This document shows, in pieces, positions 7,908-15,779 of a DNA stretch of 32,468 nt (position 1 is its first letter; each line of letters starts with the position of its first letter). Made by a program: the position numbers and the translations under genes. The stretch is from Clostridia bacterium (GTDB taxonomy: Bacteria > Bacillota > Clostridia > Oscillospirales > CAG-272): contig JAFTUB010000142.1 in assembly GCA_017466495.1 (NCBI GenBank), positions 1-32,468 on the forward strand, written 5' to 3'. The notes under the pieces are model-generated. The model was not told the DNA's origin and made no database searches. It worked only from the letters and a program-made list of their open reading frames with translations.

Positions 7908-7990
7908 TCTTCCACCTCCGGCCTGTGATGGAGGTAGTATTCCCAGCCGATGCCCCCGGCATACCTGCTGATTTCTCCCCATGGTCGGTG

Positions 7991-8031
7991 AAAAAAACAA
8001 AATAGGGTGCCGCGCAGCTTGCGCGGCACCC
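7991..8031 (-). terminator. rho-independent terminator after the anti-sigma gene
   Basis: GGGTGCCGCGC (8005-8015), loop AGCTT, GCGCGGCACCC (8021-8031). On the minus strand the stem is followed by ATTTTGTTTTTTT (8004-7991). Confidence 0.7.
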
Positions 8032-8054
8032 CTTGGGATATTTTTCGGTTAGAC

Positions 8055-9182
8055 TCAGTTCAGCGGGATTTCGATCAAAGGCAGCCAGGTCTCTGTTCTG
8101 CCGATCTCATCCGGACTTGGGTAAAATACAATACCGTTCTTGGTATAAAACTCTTCTGCTGCCGGGTTCGTCGGTGTTGTCCCCCAGCCTTCATAGAGAA
8201 TCACCGATTCCACTTCCGTGGGATCGATGGGGTCACTGAAAAGACAAATGATCGACGCATCCGTGCATTCCCGATAGTGAATATCGCTGTCTTTGTTGGC
8301 AAAAATTCCACGCGGCTTAAAAAGCAGCGTCCCGTCCTTCATTTTCAGCCATACATGAAGAATTTCCCTTTTGCCTGTTTCCGGATTCCAGAGGTAGGTT
8401 AGATCCTCACCTATGATCTCCAGCGAAAAGGCGGTGAGTCTGACCGAGGTAACAACAGCCGAAGACCGATCAGGCCACATACTCTCGTATCTGCCGTCAA
8501 GTCGGATATTTTTCTCATCATTGCTTTCCAGCTGAACCGTGTAGATCCATGGACCGGGGAAAAGCACCTCGATATCATCGCTGGTGTATGGCCTGTCTTT
8601 GGGAGTAAATCTATGGTCGTGGAACTCATAAACTGTCAGTTCCAGCGTTACCGCCCCATCTTCATTCTTCGCTTGTGTCATGAAGTCGCTCTTTTGTCTG
8701 AGCAAATTACCGTACATCAGGAAAGCAGATTCCCGCTCTCCAACAGCATAGATGTAAACGTTCAGAAAATCGGAGTATATTTCATCCCCCGGCACTTTTA
8801 TCCCACAGGATGCCATATACTCTCCCGCAGGATCAAGCGGCTCAGGCGTGGTTACCGTTCCGCCAAGAAAGATAATATTCTTGTCATACCAGGTTTCAGT
8901 GAACTTCCAGATCACCTCTTCATTATCCGGAGATTCATCCAGCACCTCCACATGTCCGGTGTCAACGGGACGTTCAAATGCCGTACCGAAGCCGCTGAGC
9001 AGGACGGCCGCCGAGGCGGTGCCCACGAACAGGCAGGCAGCAGCCGCGATGATCAGCGCCTTTTTCCATCCGGCGAGCTTGCGGCGGGCGGGCATCTGCT
9101 TCGCCCGGGCGAGGATGCTGTCGGCATCGCAGCCGGCCAGGTCTTCCTCGGTGGCCGCCAAAATAATCTCATTCAGTTTCAT
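8055..9182 (-). CDS. putative membrane-anchored anti-sigma factor / sigma-coupled extracytoplasmic protein
   Basis: 375-aa ORF whose ATG overlaps the sigma-factor gene by 14 nt and follows AAAGGAGGAAAAC. It has a cytoplasmic N-terminus of about 45 aa, one TM (ALIIAAAACLFVGTASAAVLL) and a large extracytoplasmic domain. No zf-HC2 motif was recognised. The call rests on position and topology only. Confidence 0.45.
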   Translation of the reverse strand: MKLNEIILAATEEDLAGCDADSILARAKQMPARRKLAGWKKALIIAAAACLFVGTASAAVLLSGFGTAFERPVDTGHVEVLDESPDNEEVIWKFTETWYDKNIIFLGGTVTTPEPLDPAGEYMASCGIKVPGDEIYSDFLNVYIYAVGERESAFLMYGNLLRQKSDFMTQAKNEDGAVTLELTVYEFHDHRFTPKDRPYTSDDIEVLFPGPWIYTVQLESNDEKNIRLDGRYESMWPDRSSAVVTSVRLTAFSLEIIGEDLTYLWNPETGKREILHVWLKMKDGTLLFKPRGIFANKDSDIHYRECTDASIICLFSDPIDPTEVESVILYEGWGTTPTNPAAEEFYTKNGIVFYPSPDEIGRTETWLPLIEIPLN

Positions 9183-9708
9183 GTTTTCCTCCTTTCCAGT
9201 GTGCGCGGATTTCCCGCAGGGTACGGTAGAGCTTGTTTTTCACATCCGACTCTGACCGCCCGGTAAGCTGTGCGATCTCCGTCAGCGTCAGCCCGAAGCG
9301 GTAATAGAGGTGAAAAATCTTTCGCACATCCTCACCCCGCCCGGCGAGATACCGCTCGGTCCAGGCAATAACCTCGCGGTCTTCGGTGATCTCCTCCACC
9401 GAGGCGGCTTCGATGTCGGGCAGCTCCGCCGTGATTCCGTCATCCGAGGGAGATTCGTACACCTCCACCCGCCGGCTCATGCTGCGGTAGTACCTTGCCA
9501 GCGCCTGTTTGGCCAGCTTCGCCATCAGCGCCTCGGGGCTTTTGATGTAGGCCTCTCCCCGCCGAAGGATGATCTGATACAGCTCCAGGTAGACTTCCTG
9601 GATCAGATCGGCGGCATCCGCCGTCTGACGGGCCCCGGCCATGATCTGTGCCGCGGTTCTTCGGTAGGTCTGGGCATAAATTTGTCGGAACCGTTCTTCC
9701 GGATGCAT
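9169..9708 (-). CDS. ECF-type sigma-70 family RNA polymerase sigma factor
   Basis: 179-aa ORF with region 2 (DLIQEVYLELYQ) and a region 4 HTH (LTLTEIAQLTGRSESDVKNKLYRTLREIR). AAGGAGGG lies upstream of ATG 9708. Confidence 0.8.
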   Translation of the reverse strand: MHPEERFRQIYAQTYRRTAAQIMAGARQTADAADLIQEVYLELYQIILRRGEAYIKSPEALMAKLAKQALARYYRSMSRRVEVYESPSDDGITAELPDIEAASVEEITEDREVIAWTERYLAGRGEDVRKIFHLYYRFGLTLTEIAQLTGRSESDVKNKLYRTLREIRAHWKGGKHETE

Positions 9709-9780
9709 ATCATCCCTCCTTCGTTTTGGGATCCCATTCTATAAGCGGTGCGGAAGGGAAAATTTGTTTCATGCCAAGGT

Positions 9781-9826
9781 AAAAAATGAGAAAAATCAAC
9801 CGCTGCCCCATGTCACAGCGGTTGAT
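9781..9826 (-). terminator. rho-independent terminator after pcp
   Basis: ATCAACCGCTG (9795-9805) pairs with CAGCGGTTGAT (9816-9826), an 11-bp stem. On the minus strand it is followed by TTTTTCTCATTTTTT. Confidence 0.65.
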
Positions 9827-9847
9827 GATGTAAAATTTCCCCGGGTG

Positions 9848-10435
9848 TCAGCCCTCCATGGCGGCAATGGCGGCCGCAAGGCCTCTGACCATCTGCTCGG
9901 GCTCCATGGCAGGTGTCTTATTCTGCGCGGTGCAGTAGGGGATGTGAACGAACCCGACCCTCGTTTCGCTGTCCCGGAAATGGGACAGCAGAGTATAGAG
10001 CAGGTCGTTGCAGACATAGGCGCCGGCGGAATAGGACACCTGCGCCTGTACCCCGACCGCGGAAATAGCATCGGCCATTTTCCGCACCGGCAGGGTGGAA
10101 AAGTATGCGCAGTCCCCGCCGGGGATGATGGGCTCATCCTTGGGCTGATTCCCGGCGTTGTCGGGGATGGCGGCATGGCGGAGATTGATACCCACAAGCT
10201 CGGGGGTAATGGCGGCCCGTCCCCCAGCCTGACCGATGCAAAGGATCACATCGGGACAAAGCTCCTCCGCGGCACGTATCACCGTCGCCGCGGCTTCTCC
10301 GAAGACCACCGGAAGACAAAGCCGGGTCAAGGCATATCCCCCCACCTCCCCGGGGAGACGACACACCGCTTCCCAGGAGGGATTAACCGACTCGCCGCCG
10401 AAGGGCTCAAAGCCGGTGATCAGAAGTTTTTTCAT
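9848..10435 (-). CDS. pcp: pyroglutamyl-peptidase I
   Basis: 195-aa ORF. MKKLLITGFEPFGGESVNPS, the catalytic-Cys box GAYVCNDLLY and the His box GFVHIPY are the classical Pcp (C15) signatures. Confidence 0.9.
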   Translation of the reverse strand: MKKLLITGFEPFGGESVNPSWEAVCRLPGEVGGYALTRLCLPVVFGEAAATVIRAAEELCPDVILCIGQAGGRAAITPELVGINLRHAAIPDNAGNQPKDEPIIPGGDCAYFSTLPVRKMADAISAVGVQAQVSYSAGAYVCNDLLYTLLSHFRDSETRVGFVHIPYCTAQNKTPAMEPEQMVRGLAAAIAAMEG

Positions 10436-10467
10436 AAAGTTTCCTCCGCTAAAGGTCTTTTTCTTTT

Positions 10468-10496
10468 ATTATACCGCAGCCGTGCCTCTACTGCAA
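10468..10496 (-). promoter_or_regulatory. candidate promoter of pcp
   Basis: Reverse strand: TTGCAG (10496-10491), 17 nt, TATAAT (10473-10468). Confidence 0.45.
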
Positions 10497-10516
10497 GGGC
10501 AAAATGCGATCCGGGG

Positions 10517-10545
10517 TTGAATTTGGGGAATTCGTGTGCTATAAT
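10517..10545 (+). promoter_or_regulatory. candidate extended -10 promoter of the 5'-nucleotidase gene
   Basis: TTGAAT (10517-10522), 17 nt, TGcTATAAT (10537-10545). Confidence 0.55.
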
Positions 10546-10573
10546 GGAGAAAAACACCGAAGGAGAGCCTGCC

Positions 10574-12460
10574 ATGAAGAATCTGATCAAAAAGACAGCA
10601 ATCCTCGCATTTGTACTTGTGTTTGTTTCCCTCTCTTTTGTCGGCATCTTTGCGAAGGAGGACACGGCTGACGTTACCGTGCTCTTCACCCACGACCTGC
10701 ACTCCCATCTGCTTCCCTCCCGCGCCGATGACGGCAGTGAATACGGCGGCTATGCCCGGCTGATGCACGTCATCAGGGAACAGCGCCAAAAGCACCCCGA
10801 TGCCATCTTAGTGGACGGCGGCGACTTTGCCATGGGCAGTCTGTTCCAGACCGCCTATGCCACCAGCGCCATTGAGCTGCGCATGATGGGGGCCATGGGC
10901 TACGACGCCACCACCTTCGGCAACCATGAATACGATTACCTGCAGAAGGGACTTATCTCCATGCTCAACGCCGCCGCTTCCTGCGGCGAGCCGGTTCCCG
11001 CCATTGTACAGGCAAACTATCTGCCCCCCGAAGAAGGTGAGGCGGGATACGATGCCGCCATGCATGAGGCGCTGGACAACTACGGGGTCCGGGACTACAT
11101 CATTCTTGAGCGGGGCGGTGTTTATTTTGTGATCTTCGGCATCTTCGGCCTTGATGCCGATGACTGCGCCCCCAATTCGGGCATGAAGCTGCTGGATGCT
11201 GCCGAAACCGCACAGAAAACAGTGGATGCCGCCCGGGCAGAGTGTCGGGAGAAATACGGCGCTGAGCCGGTTGTGGTTTGCCTTTCCCACAGCGGTACCT
11301 CCGACCGTGAAGGCGAGGACTACGAGCTGGCCATGAACACCCAGGGCATCCATCTTATCGTGTCCGGCCATACCCACACCAGGCTGACCGAGGCCATCTC
11401 AGTCAACGACACCTATATTGTATCCGCCGGCGAGTACGGCAAGTATCTCGGCGTGGTGGAGCTGGACTATGCGGCCGACGGCACCTGCACCCTGGACAGC
11501 TATGAGCTGATCCCCATCAACGCCAAGACTCCCGAGGACCGGGAAATCGCCGCCCTGGTGGAAGCCTTCAAGACCAGCGTGGAGAGCGATTATCTCGCCA
11601 ATTACGGGGTTTCCTTTGATGAGGTCCTGGTGCACAACGACATTCAGTTTGAGACGGTCAAGCAGATCAAGGCCACCCAGCACGAGTCGGCGGTGTGCAA
11701 CATTTTCTCGGATGCCTACAAGTGGGCGGTAGAACGCACGGGACAGCCGGTAGATGTGGCCCTGACCGCCGCCGGTGTGATCCGCGAGAGCCTTCCCACC
11801 GGGAACATCACCACCGCCGATGTGTTCAATTCCGCATCCCTGGGCGTGGGAACCGAAGGCGAGCTGATCGCCGTATATATCACCGGTAAGGATCTGAAAA
11901 ACGCCCTGGAGGTGGATGCCTCCGTCCAGCCCCTGATGAAGTCGGCTCAGCTGTACTTCTCGGGGATTGAGTATTCCTTCAACCAATACAGAATGATCTT
12001 CAACAAGGTGGACTACGCCATGCTCCACCGGAACGACGGCACGCTTGAGGAGATCGACAATGACAAGCTTTACTGCGTCGTGACCGGTATGTACGCAGGG
12101 CAGATGCTGGGCTCGGTGGAGGAAACCTCCATGGGCCTGCTGTCCATCACCCCCAGAGACAAGGACGGCAATCCCATCGCCGCCGGTGAGCTGGTCAACT
12201 ACGTGGTGCATGACAGCGAAGGAAATCCTGTGAAGGAGTGGTACGCCATTGCCTCCTACCTGCAGGCGATGGGTGGCGAGATGGCCGAGCAGTATGCCGG
12301 GACTGATGGCAGAAAGGTGGTCTACACCAGTCTCAATCCCGTCAAGCTCCTGGCCAACGCCAACATCTTCACCTACATCGTGCTCATTCTGATTGCCGCC
12401 GTTGTGGCCGGCATCGTGCTTATGGTGGTGAAGATTGCCAAGAAAATCAAACGTAAATAA
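10574..12460 (+). CDS. secreted bifunctional metallophosphatase / 5'-nucleotidase with a C-terminal membrane anchor
   Basis: The 898-aa ORF is trimmed to ATG 10574 (GAAGGAGAG RBS; the upstream part is antisense to pcp). A signal-like N-terminus is followed by the metallophosphatase motifs LFTHDLHSH, GGDFAMGS and GNHEYD. The C-terminus is a TM helix plus basic tail (IVLILIAAVVAGIVLMVVKIAKKIKRK) with no LPXTG. Confidence 0.8.
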   Translation: MKNLIKKTAILAFVLVFVSLSFVGIFAKEDTADVTVLFTHDLHSHLLPSRADDGSEYGGYARLMHVIREQRQKHPDAILVDGGDFAMGSLFQTAYATSAIELRMMGAMGYDATTFGNHEYDYLQKGLISMLNAAASCGEPVPAIVQANYLPPEEGEAGYDAAMHEALDNYGVRDYIILERGGVYFVIFGIFGLDADDCAPNSGMKLLDAAETAQKTVDAARAECREKYGAEPVVVCLSHSGTSDREGEDYELAMNTQGIHLIVSGHTHTRLTEAISVNDTYIVSAGEYGKYLGVVELDYAADGTCTLDSYELIPINAKTPEDREIAALVEAFKTSVESDYLANYGVSFDEVLVHNDIQFETVKQIKATQHESAVCNIFSDAYKWAVERTGQPVDVALTAAGVIRESLPTGNITTADVFNSASLGVGTEGELIAVYITGKDLKNALEVDASVQPLMKSAQLYFSGIEYSFNQYRMIFNKVDYAMLHRNDGTLEEIDNDKLYCVVTGMYAGQMLGSVEETSMGLLSITPRDKDGNPIAAGELVNYVVHDSEGNPVKEWYAIASYLQAMGGEMAEQYAGTDGRKVVYTSLNPVKLLANANIFTYIVLILIAAVVAGIVLMVVKIAKKIKRK

Positions 12461-12499
12461 AGATACGGGGTGACCTTTGTGTCACCCCGTATCTTTTTC
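12461..12499. terminator. bidirectional rho-independent terminator between convergent genes
   Basis: AGATACGGGGTGAC (12461-12474), loop CTTTGT, GTCACCCCGTATCT (12481-12494): a perfect 14-bp stem. It is followed by TTTTT and preceded by an A-rich stretch. Confidence 0.75.
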
Positions 12500-12500
12500 C

Positions 12501-12851
12501 TTACCTTATTCCGTCCCACAGATACCGCGCAAGGTCGACTTTGCCGCCCTCCACCGCGATTCCGTCGGCTGCCAGCCGGCGGGTCTGCGCCGCAATGCCA
12601 CCAAAGGCATACGCGGGGCTCAGCTCGCCGCGGCTGTTGACCACCCGATAACAGGGATACCTATCCCCGTCGGGATTTTCGTGGAGCGCATTTCCCACCG
12701 CCCGGGCCCACAGCGGATTGCCCAGCATCCGTGCAAGACTGCCATAGGTAACCACCCGACCCCGGGGGATCTCGGCCAGGAGCGCATAGAGCTTCTGCCG
12801 GTCAAATTCAAGGGACGCTTCCCCGTCGGTGCAGATGCTTTTTCCCATCAT
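12501..12851 (-). CDS. MGMT-family (methylated-DNA-protein-cysteine methyltransferase DNA-binding domain) protein, single-domain
   Basis: 116-aa ORF. GRVVTYGSLARMLGNPLWARAVGNAL is the HTH/Asn-hinge region. The active-site-like box reads YPCYRVVNSRGELS, with PCYRV in place of the canonical PCHRV. It overlaps the nitroreductase stop by 4 nt (ATGA). Confidence 0.7.
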   Translation of the reverse strand: MMGKSICTDGEASLEFDRQKLYALLAEIPRGRVVTYGSLARMLGNPLWARAVGNALHENPDGDRYPCYRVVNSRGELSPAYAFGGIAAQTRRLAADGIAVEGGKVDLARYLWDGIR

Positions 12852-13378
12852 CCTACCGTTTTTACCAGCTCATCCATAGGCTTGCGCTTCTTGGGACGAA
12901 GGGTATCTCCCGCGCCGGGATAGCCCAGGGTGATCACCAGGCGTACCGCACCGTCAAGGCCGCAGATCTCCCGGACTCGGGCATCGTCCAGCCAGCCGAG
13001 GATGCAGGTGCCCAGCCCCTGCGCGGTGGCCTCCGCCGTGAGATACGCCGCCACGATGCCGATATCGATGGAGCGGTAATCGTTCTTCTTCACCTTCGCG
13101 CCCAGGGCCGCCGAAGCCACATAGGGCATCTCGGACAGCACCAGCATCACGGGAGCATCGGCGGCAAATTTATTCATCCCCATGCCCTGCGTCGCCCGGG
13201 CCACCTTCGCCGCGGCCTCCCCCCGGCAGACGGTGATGTGATAGGGCTGACCGTTGCAGGCCGAAGGCGCCAGCCGTCCGGCGGCAAGGATGCACGCAAG
13301 CTTCACCTGCTCCACTTTGCGGGCAGAATCATAACTGCGGCAGGACTGTCTGTTTTCGGCAATTTCGGTAAAGTTCAT
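12848..13378 (-). CDS. nitroreductase family protein
   Basis: 176-aa ORF. The N-terminal RQSCRSYD (FMN-phosphate-binding R-x-S-x-R) and the overall length fit the NfsB/FRase-like fold. AAGGAGAGAG RBS. Confidence 0.8.
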   Translation of the reverse strand: MNFTEIAENRQSCRSYDSARKVEQVKLACILAAGRLAPSACNGQPYHITVCRGEAAAKVARATQGMGMNKFAADAPVMLVLSEMPYVASAALGAKVKKNDYRSIDIGIVAAYLTAEATAQGLGTCILGWLDDARVREICGLDGAVRLVITLGYPGAGDTLRPKKRKPMDELVKTVG

Positions 13379-13405
13379 ATCTCTCTCCTTGATTTCGGTT
13401 GATTG

Positions 13406-13753
13406 TTATAACTGATGTTCGCAATCGGCGCAGCATTTCGCCAGCCTTTCTCTGTCGATTTTCTCATCAGACAAAGCATATTGCGCATCATACCCCGCTT
13501 TGATCATTTGCATGGCGTAGCAGCATTCTGATGAAACATAATCCCGCAGGTAAGTGCAATAAACGTGCTCCGCCTCGGTTTCTTCGCGAAACTTTTTAAA
13601 GTCATCCATCAGACGGTTTTCTTCGCAATACCAATGACAATGGCGAATCACCGCATCATCATCCATTTCCGCTATTTTTTTCATGCGGTACCGATACACT
13701 CGTTGGTTCGCAAAAAACGCCCGTGATATCTGTGCAAGAAATTGATTTGGCAT
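13406..13753 (-). CDS. Cys-rich hypothetical protein (8 Cys; C-x3-C, CC, CC-x2-C)
   Basis: 115-aa ORF with GAGGT 8 nt upstream of ATG 13753. Cys motifs are HCHWYCEE, YCTY, SECCYA and KCCADCEH. One hand-counted 60-nt line inside it is 47% GC, against 70% in the neighbouring nitroreductase gene. Confidence 0.5.
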   Translation of the reverse strand: MPNQFLAQISRAFFANQRVYRYRMKKIAEMDDDAVIRHCHWYCEENRLMDDFKKFREETEAEHVYCTYLRDYVSSECCYAMQMIKAGYDAQYALSDEKIDRERLAKCCADCEHQL

Positions 13754-13816
13754 TTACTGTACCTCGTTTAGTTCAGAATCGTCCCCTGCTTTATACATCT
13801 CCCGCAAAGGACTGCA

Positions 13817-14566
13817 TTACGGCACATAATCCCGCAGGATATCCATCATCCCGCGGGTATACACATTCCCGTCCAGCACATCCCCATTGGGGGAAAAGGA
13901 CACGCACCGCAGGTTCCGGGGGTCCTCAGCATAGGGGTTTTCTGGGACATCCCCCGTGAAATATTCCGCGAGATATTTGCGGGCATTTCCCTCGGGGAAG
14001 ATCACATTTCCTTCATTCTCGGGAATGCCCACCTGCCCAAATTGAGCGAGGATCTCCCTGGTCTTGCGGTTGTATGGGTTGTCGTCCTCAGGGCTGACCA
14101 GCCACGCGGGCTGGAGCTGCAGCGGGATGCCCCTCGCCTGCGCCCGGGCGGCAAAATCCATGACGGGTTCCAGCGGAATGGTCTCCTGGTGGAAGGCATC
14201 CACCGACAGCCTCAGGTCATTCACACCGCTCTCTTCCAGCTGCGCCACGATCCCCTCCACTCTGCGGGGATCACGGGAAAAATAACCGTTGGTGATCACC
14301 TGCCGCCGGGGAATGTTCATCTCGGCGGCAGCGGTTATGATGGCACAGGTGGCATCGGGATACAGCAGGGGCTCCCCGCCAAAGGCCAGCACCGTTTCGA
14401 TGGCATACACCGACGCAATCTGCTTCACCGCACGGGCAGCGGTATCGGGATCGATATGCTCCCCCGCGCCGCTGTGCTCCCCCTGGGAACAGTGTCTGCA
14501 CTGCCCGGTACAGGCGCAGGTTATGACAAACTCAATTTTGCGCAGGTTTTTCAGATACGGATTCAT
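13817..14566 (-). CDS. radical SAM protein, function unknown
   Basis: Start moved to ATG 14566, which follows GGAGGA with 5-nt spacing. The CTGQCRHC sequence is the C-x3-C-x2-C 4Fe-4S/SAM cluster motif and sits near the N-terminus. A GGEPLL glycine-rich SAM motif is present. Confidence 0.75.
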   Translation of the reverse strand: MNPYLKNLRKIEFVITCACTGQCRHCSQGEHSGAGEHIDPDTAARAVKQIASVYAIETVLAFGGEPLLYPDATCAIITAAAEMNIPRRQVITNGYFSRDPRRVEGIVAQLEESGVNDLRLSVDAFHQETIPLEPVMDFAARAQARGIPLQLQPAWLVSPEDDNPYNRKTREILAQFGQVGIPENEGNVIFPEGNARKYLAEYFTGDVPENPYAEDPRNLRCVSFSPNGDVLDGNVYTRGMMDILRDYVP

Positions 14567-15047
14567 GTGTTCCTCCGTCATATGCATTTTCCCCGCGGCC
14601 GCAATCGTCGTGGCTTTCCCGGCCGTCGAGCGTTATTTTTTTGCGGTAAATCCATTCCTCCGCCGTCTGTCCCGGAGGGAAAAATCCCCCTGCCCGGCGG
14701 TAGCCCAGCTTTTCATAAAACCGCCACGCGTCCTCGTCAGCCTGGGTACTGGTCATCACATCCGTACACCCCTGCGCCAGCATCTCCCGCTCCCACACCC
14801 GCATCATCTCCTGCCCAAATCCCCGGCGGCGGCAGGATGGGCGAAGAAAAATTAAATCCAGGAAGGGGATCGACTGCCAGAACAAACTGAACCGGAGCAC
14901 CCCCATGACGGTATCATCCTCAGCCGTCTCCCGCAGGACGTAGACCGTGCCCTCCCGGATACAGGCCGCCAGCCGATGCGGGGAGATGTGGCAGTCCAGC
15001 TCGGCGATGGCAGGCAGGTCCCTCTCCCGGGCAAGAACGGTGATCAT
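14532..15047 (-). CDS. GNAT-family N-acetyltransferase
   Basis: 171-aa ORF. LIFLRPSCRRRGFGQEMM is the acetyl-CoA-binding motif A (R/Q-x-x-G-x-G/A). It overlaps the upstream gene stop by 4 nt and the radical SAM start by 35 nt. Confidence 0.8.
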   Translation of the reverse strand: MITVLARERDLPAIAELDCHISPHRLAACIREGTVYVLRETAEDDTVMGVLRFSLFWQSIPFLDLIFLRPSCRRRGFGQEMMRVWEREMLAQGCTDVMTSTQADEDAWRFYEKLGYRRAGGFFPPGQTAEEWIYRKKITLDGRESHDDCGRGENAYDGGTHESVSEKPAQN

Positions 15048-15586
15048 TTCAGCATCCCGTAGCCGCCGGCGTACTTGCTGACTTCGGAGGCCACCACAAA
15101 GACGTTATTGTGGCAAAGGCGGCGGATCTCCTTCAGCGTCGGCACCGCATCCCGCCGGGGGAGCACAATGAGGATCATGTTCATCTTATCGGTGGAGCCG
15201 TGACCGTCGAAGACGGTATAGCCTCGGTTGTTTTCCTTGAGATAAGCGATAATGGTCTCGGTATTCTCGTCGTTGGCGATAAGCTGGAGATTGGAGGTGC
15301 CCAGGGCGATCTTGCTCTCCAGGGTAGAGCCGAGGAAAAGTCCGGTGGCATAACCCACGCAGTAGAAGGCCAGGAGGAAGAGATTGTCTCCCAGAGTGCC
15401 GATGATGGTAGAGATCACCAGACCCCAGATGGTGCACTCCAAAAAGCCCAGCCCCGCGGCCTTCAGCCGCTGGCCCTTGACCATCATGCAGGTCTTCAGG
15501 GACTGGACGGTAATCTCAATAATTTTGGCGGCGCAGACAATGAAGCACACCGCAATGGGATGAATGGAAGCCAAAAATTCCGACAT
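15044..15586 (-). CDS. UPF0316 / DUF2179-domain membrane protein
   Basis: 180-aa ORF. Three hydrophobic helices in the N-half are followed by a soluble C-terminal domain (NRGYTVFDGHGS...ILIVLPRRD), as in the YebE/UPF0316 family. GTAAGGAGAAG RBS. Confidence 0.7.
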   Translation of the reverse strand: MSEFLASIHPIAVCFIVCAAKIIEITVQSLKTCMMVKGQRLKAAGLGFLECTIWGLVISTIIGTLGDNLFLLAFYCVGYATGLFLGSTLESKIALGTSNLQLIANDENTETIIAYLKENNRGYTVFDGHGSTDKMNMILIVLPRRDAVPTLKEIRRLCHNNVFVVASEVSKYAGGYGMLK

Positions 15587-15635
15587 ACTCTTCTCCTTAC
15601 TCCCGCCTTTGGGCGGTTTTTATTCCGGTATGTTT

Positions 15636-15664
15636 ATTGTATCAAATCCCCCAAAATTTATCAA
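15636..15664 (-). promoter_or_regulatory. candidate extended -10 promoter of the DUF2179-to-MGMT operon
   Basis: Reverse strand: TTGATA (15664-15659), 17 nt, TGaTACAAT (15644-15636). Confidence 0.5.
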
Positions 15665-15704
15665 GTCTGCTCCCGGTGTTTTTCGAAAAATCCCCCGAAA
15701 AAAA

Positions 15705-15733
15705 TTGACCGACAGCACCGGATGTGATATAAT
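15705..15733 (+). promoter_or_regulatory. candidate extended -10 promoter of larA
   Basis: TTGACC (15705-15710), 17 nt, TGaTATAAT (15725-15733). Confidence 0.6.
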
Positions 15734-15779
15734 GGAGGCGGAATTCAGCGCTGCGCTGCTGCAGCAAAAGGAGAAACAC

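Noticed and set aside
6549-7928. Long antisense ORFs opposite real genes: 6549..7928 (+), 2313..3689 (+), 15642..17093 (-), 22072..23514 (+), 24215..25549 (+), 28896..30143 (-), 30178..31647 (-) and 31613..32308 (-).
   Set aside because: Each lies opposite a gene with clear family motifs. Their translations are low-complexity and Gly/Arg/His/Asp-rich, and they lack RBSs. Long open antisense frames are expected in high-GC coding DNA.
9766-9771. An ECF autoregulatory promoter (TGAAAC ... CG) upstream of the sigma factor gene.
   Set aside because: A TGAAAC -35-like element is present, but no CGTA/CGTC-type -10 sits at 16-17 nt spacing. That is too weak to call.
9764-10573. The 270-codon N-terminal extension of the 5'-nucleotidase ORF.
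   Set aside because: It is antisense to the well-supported pcp gene and crosses the pcp/nucleotidase divergent promoters. The real start at 10574 has an RBS and a signal peptide.
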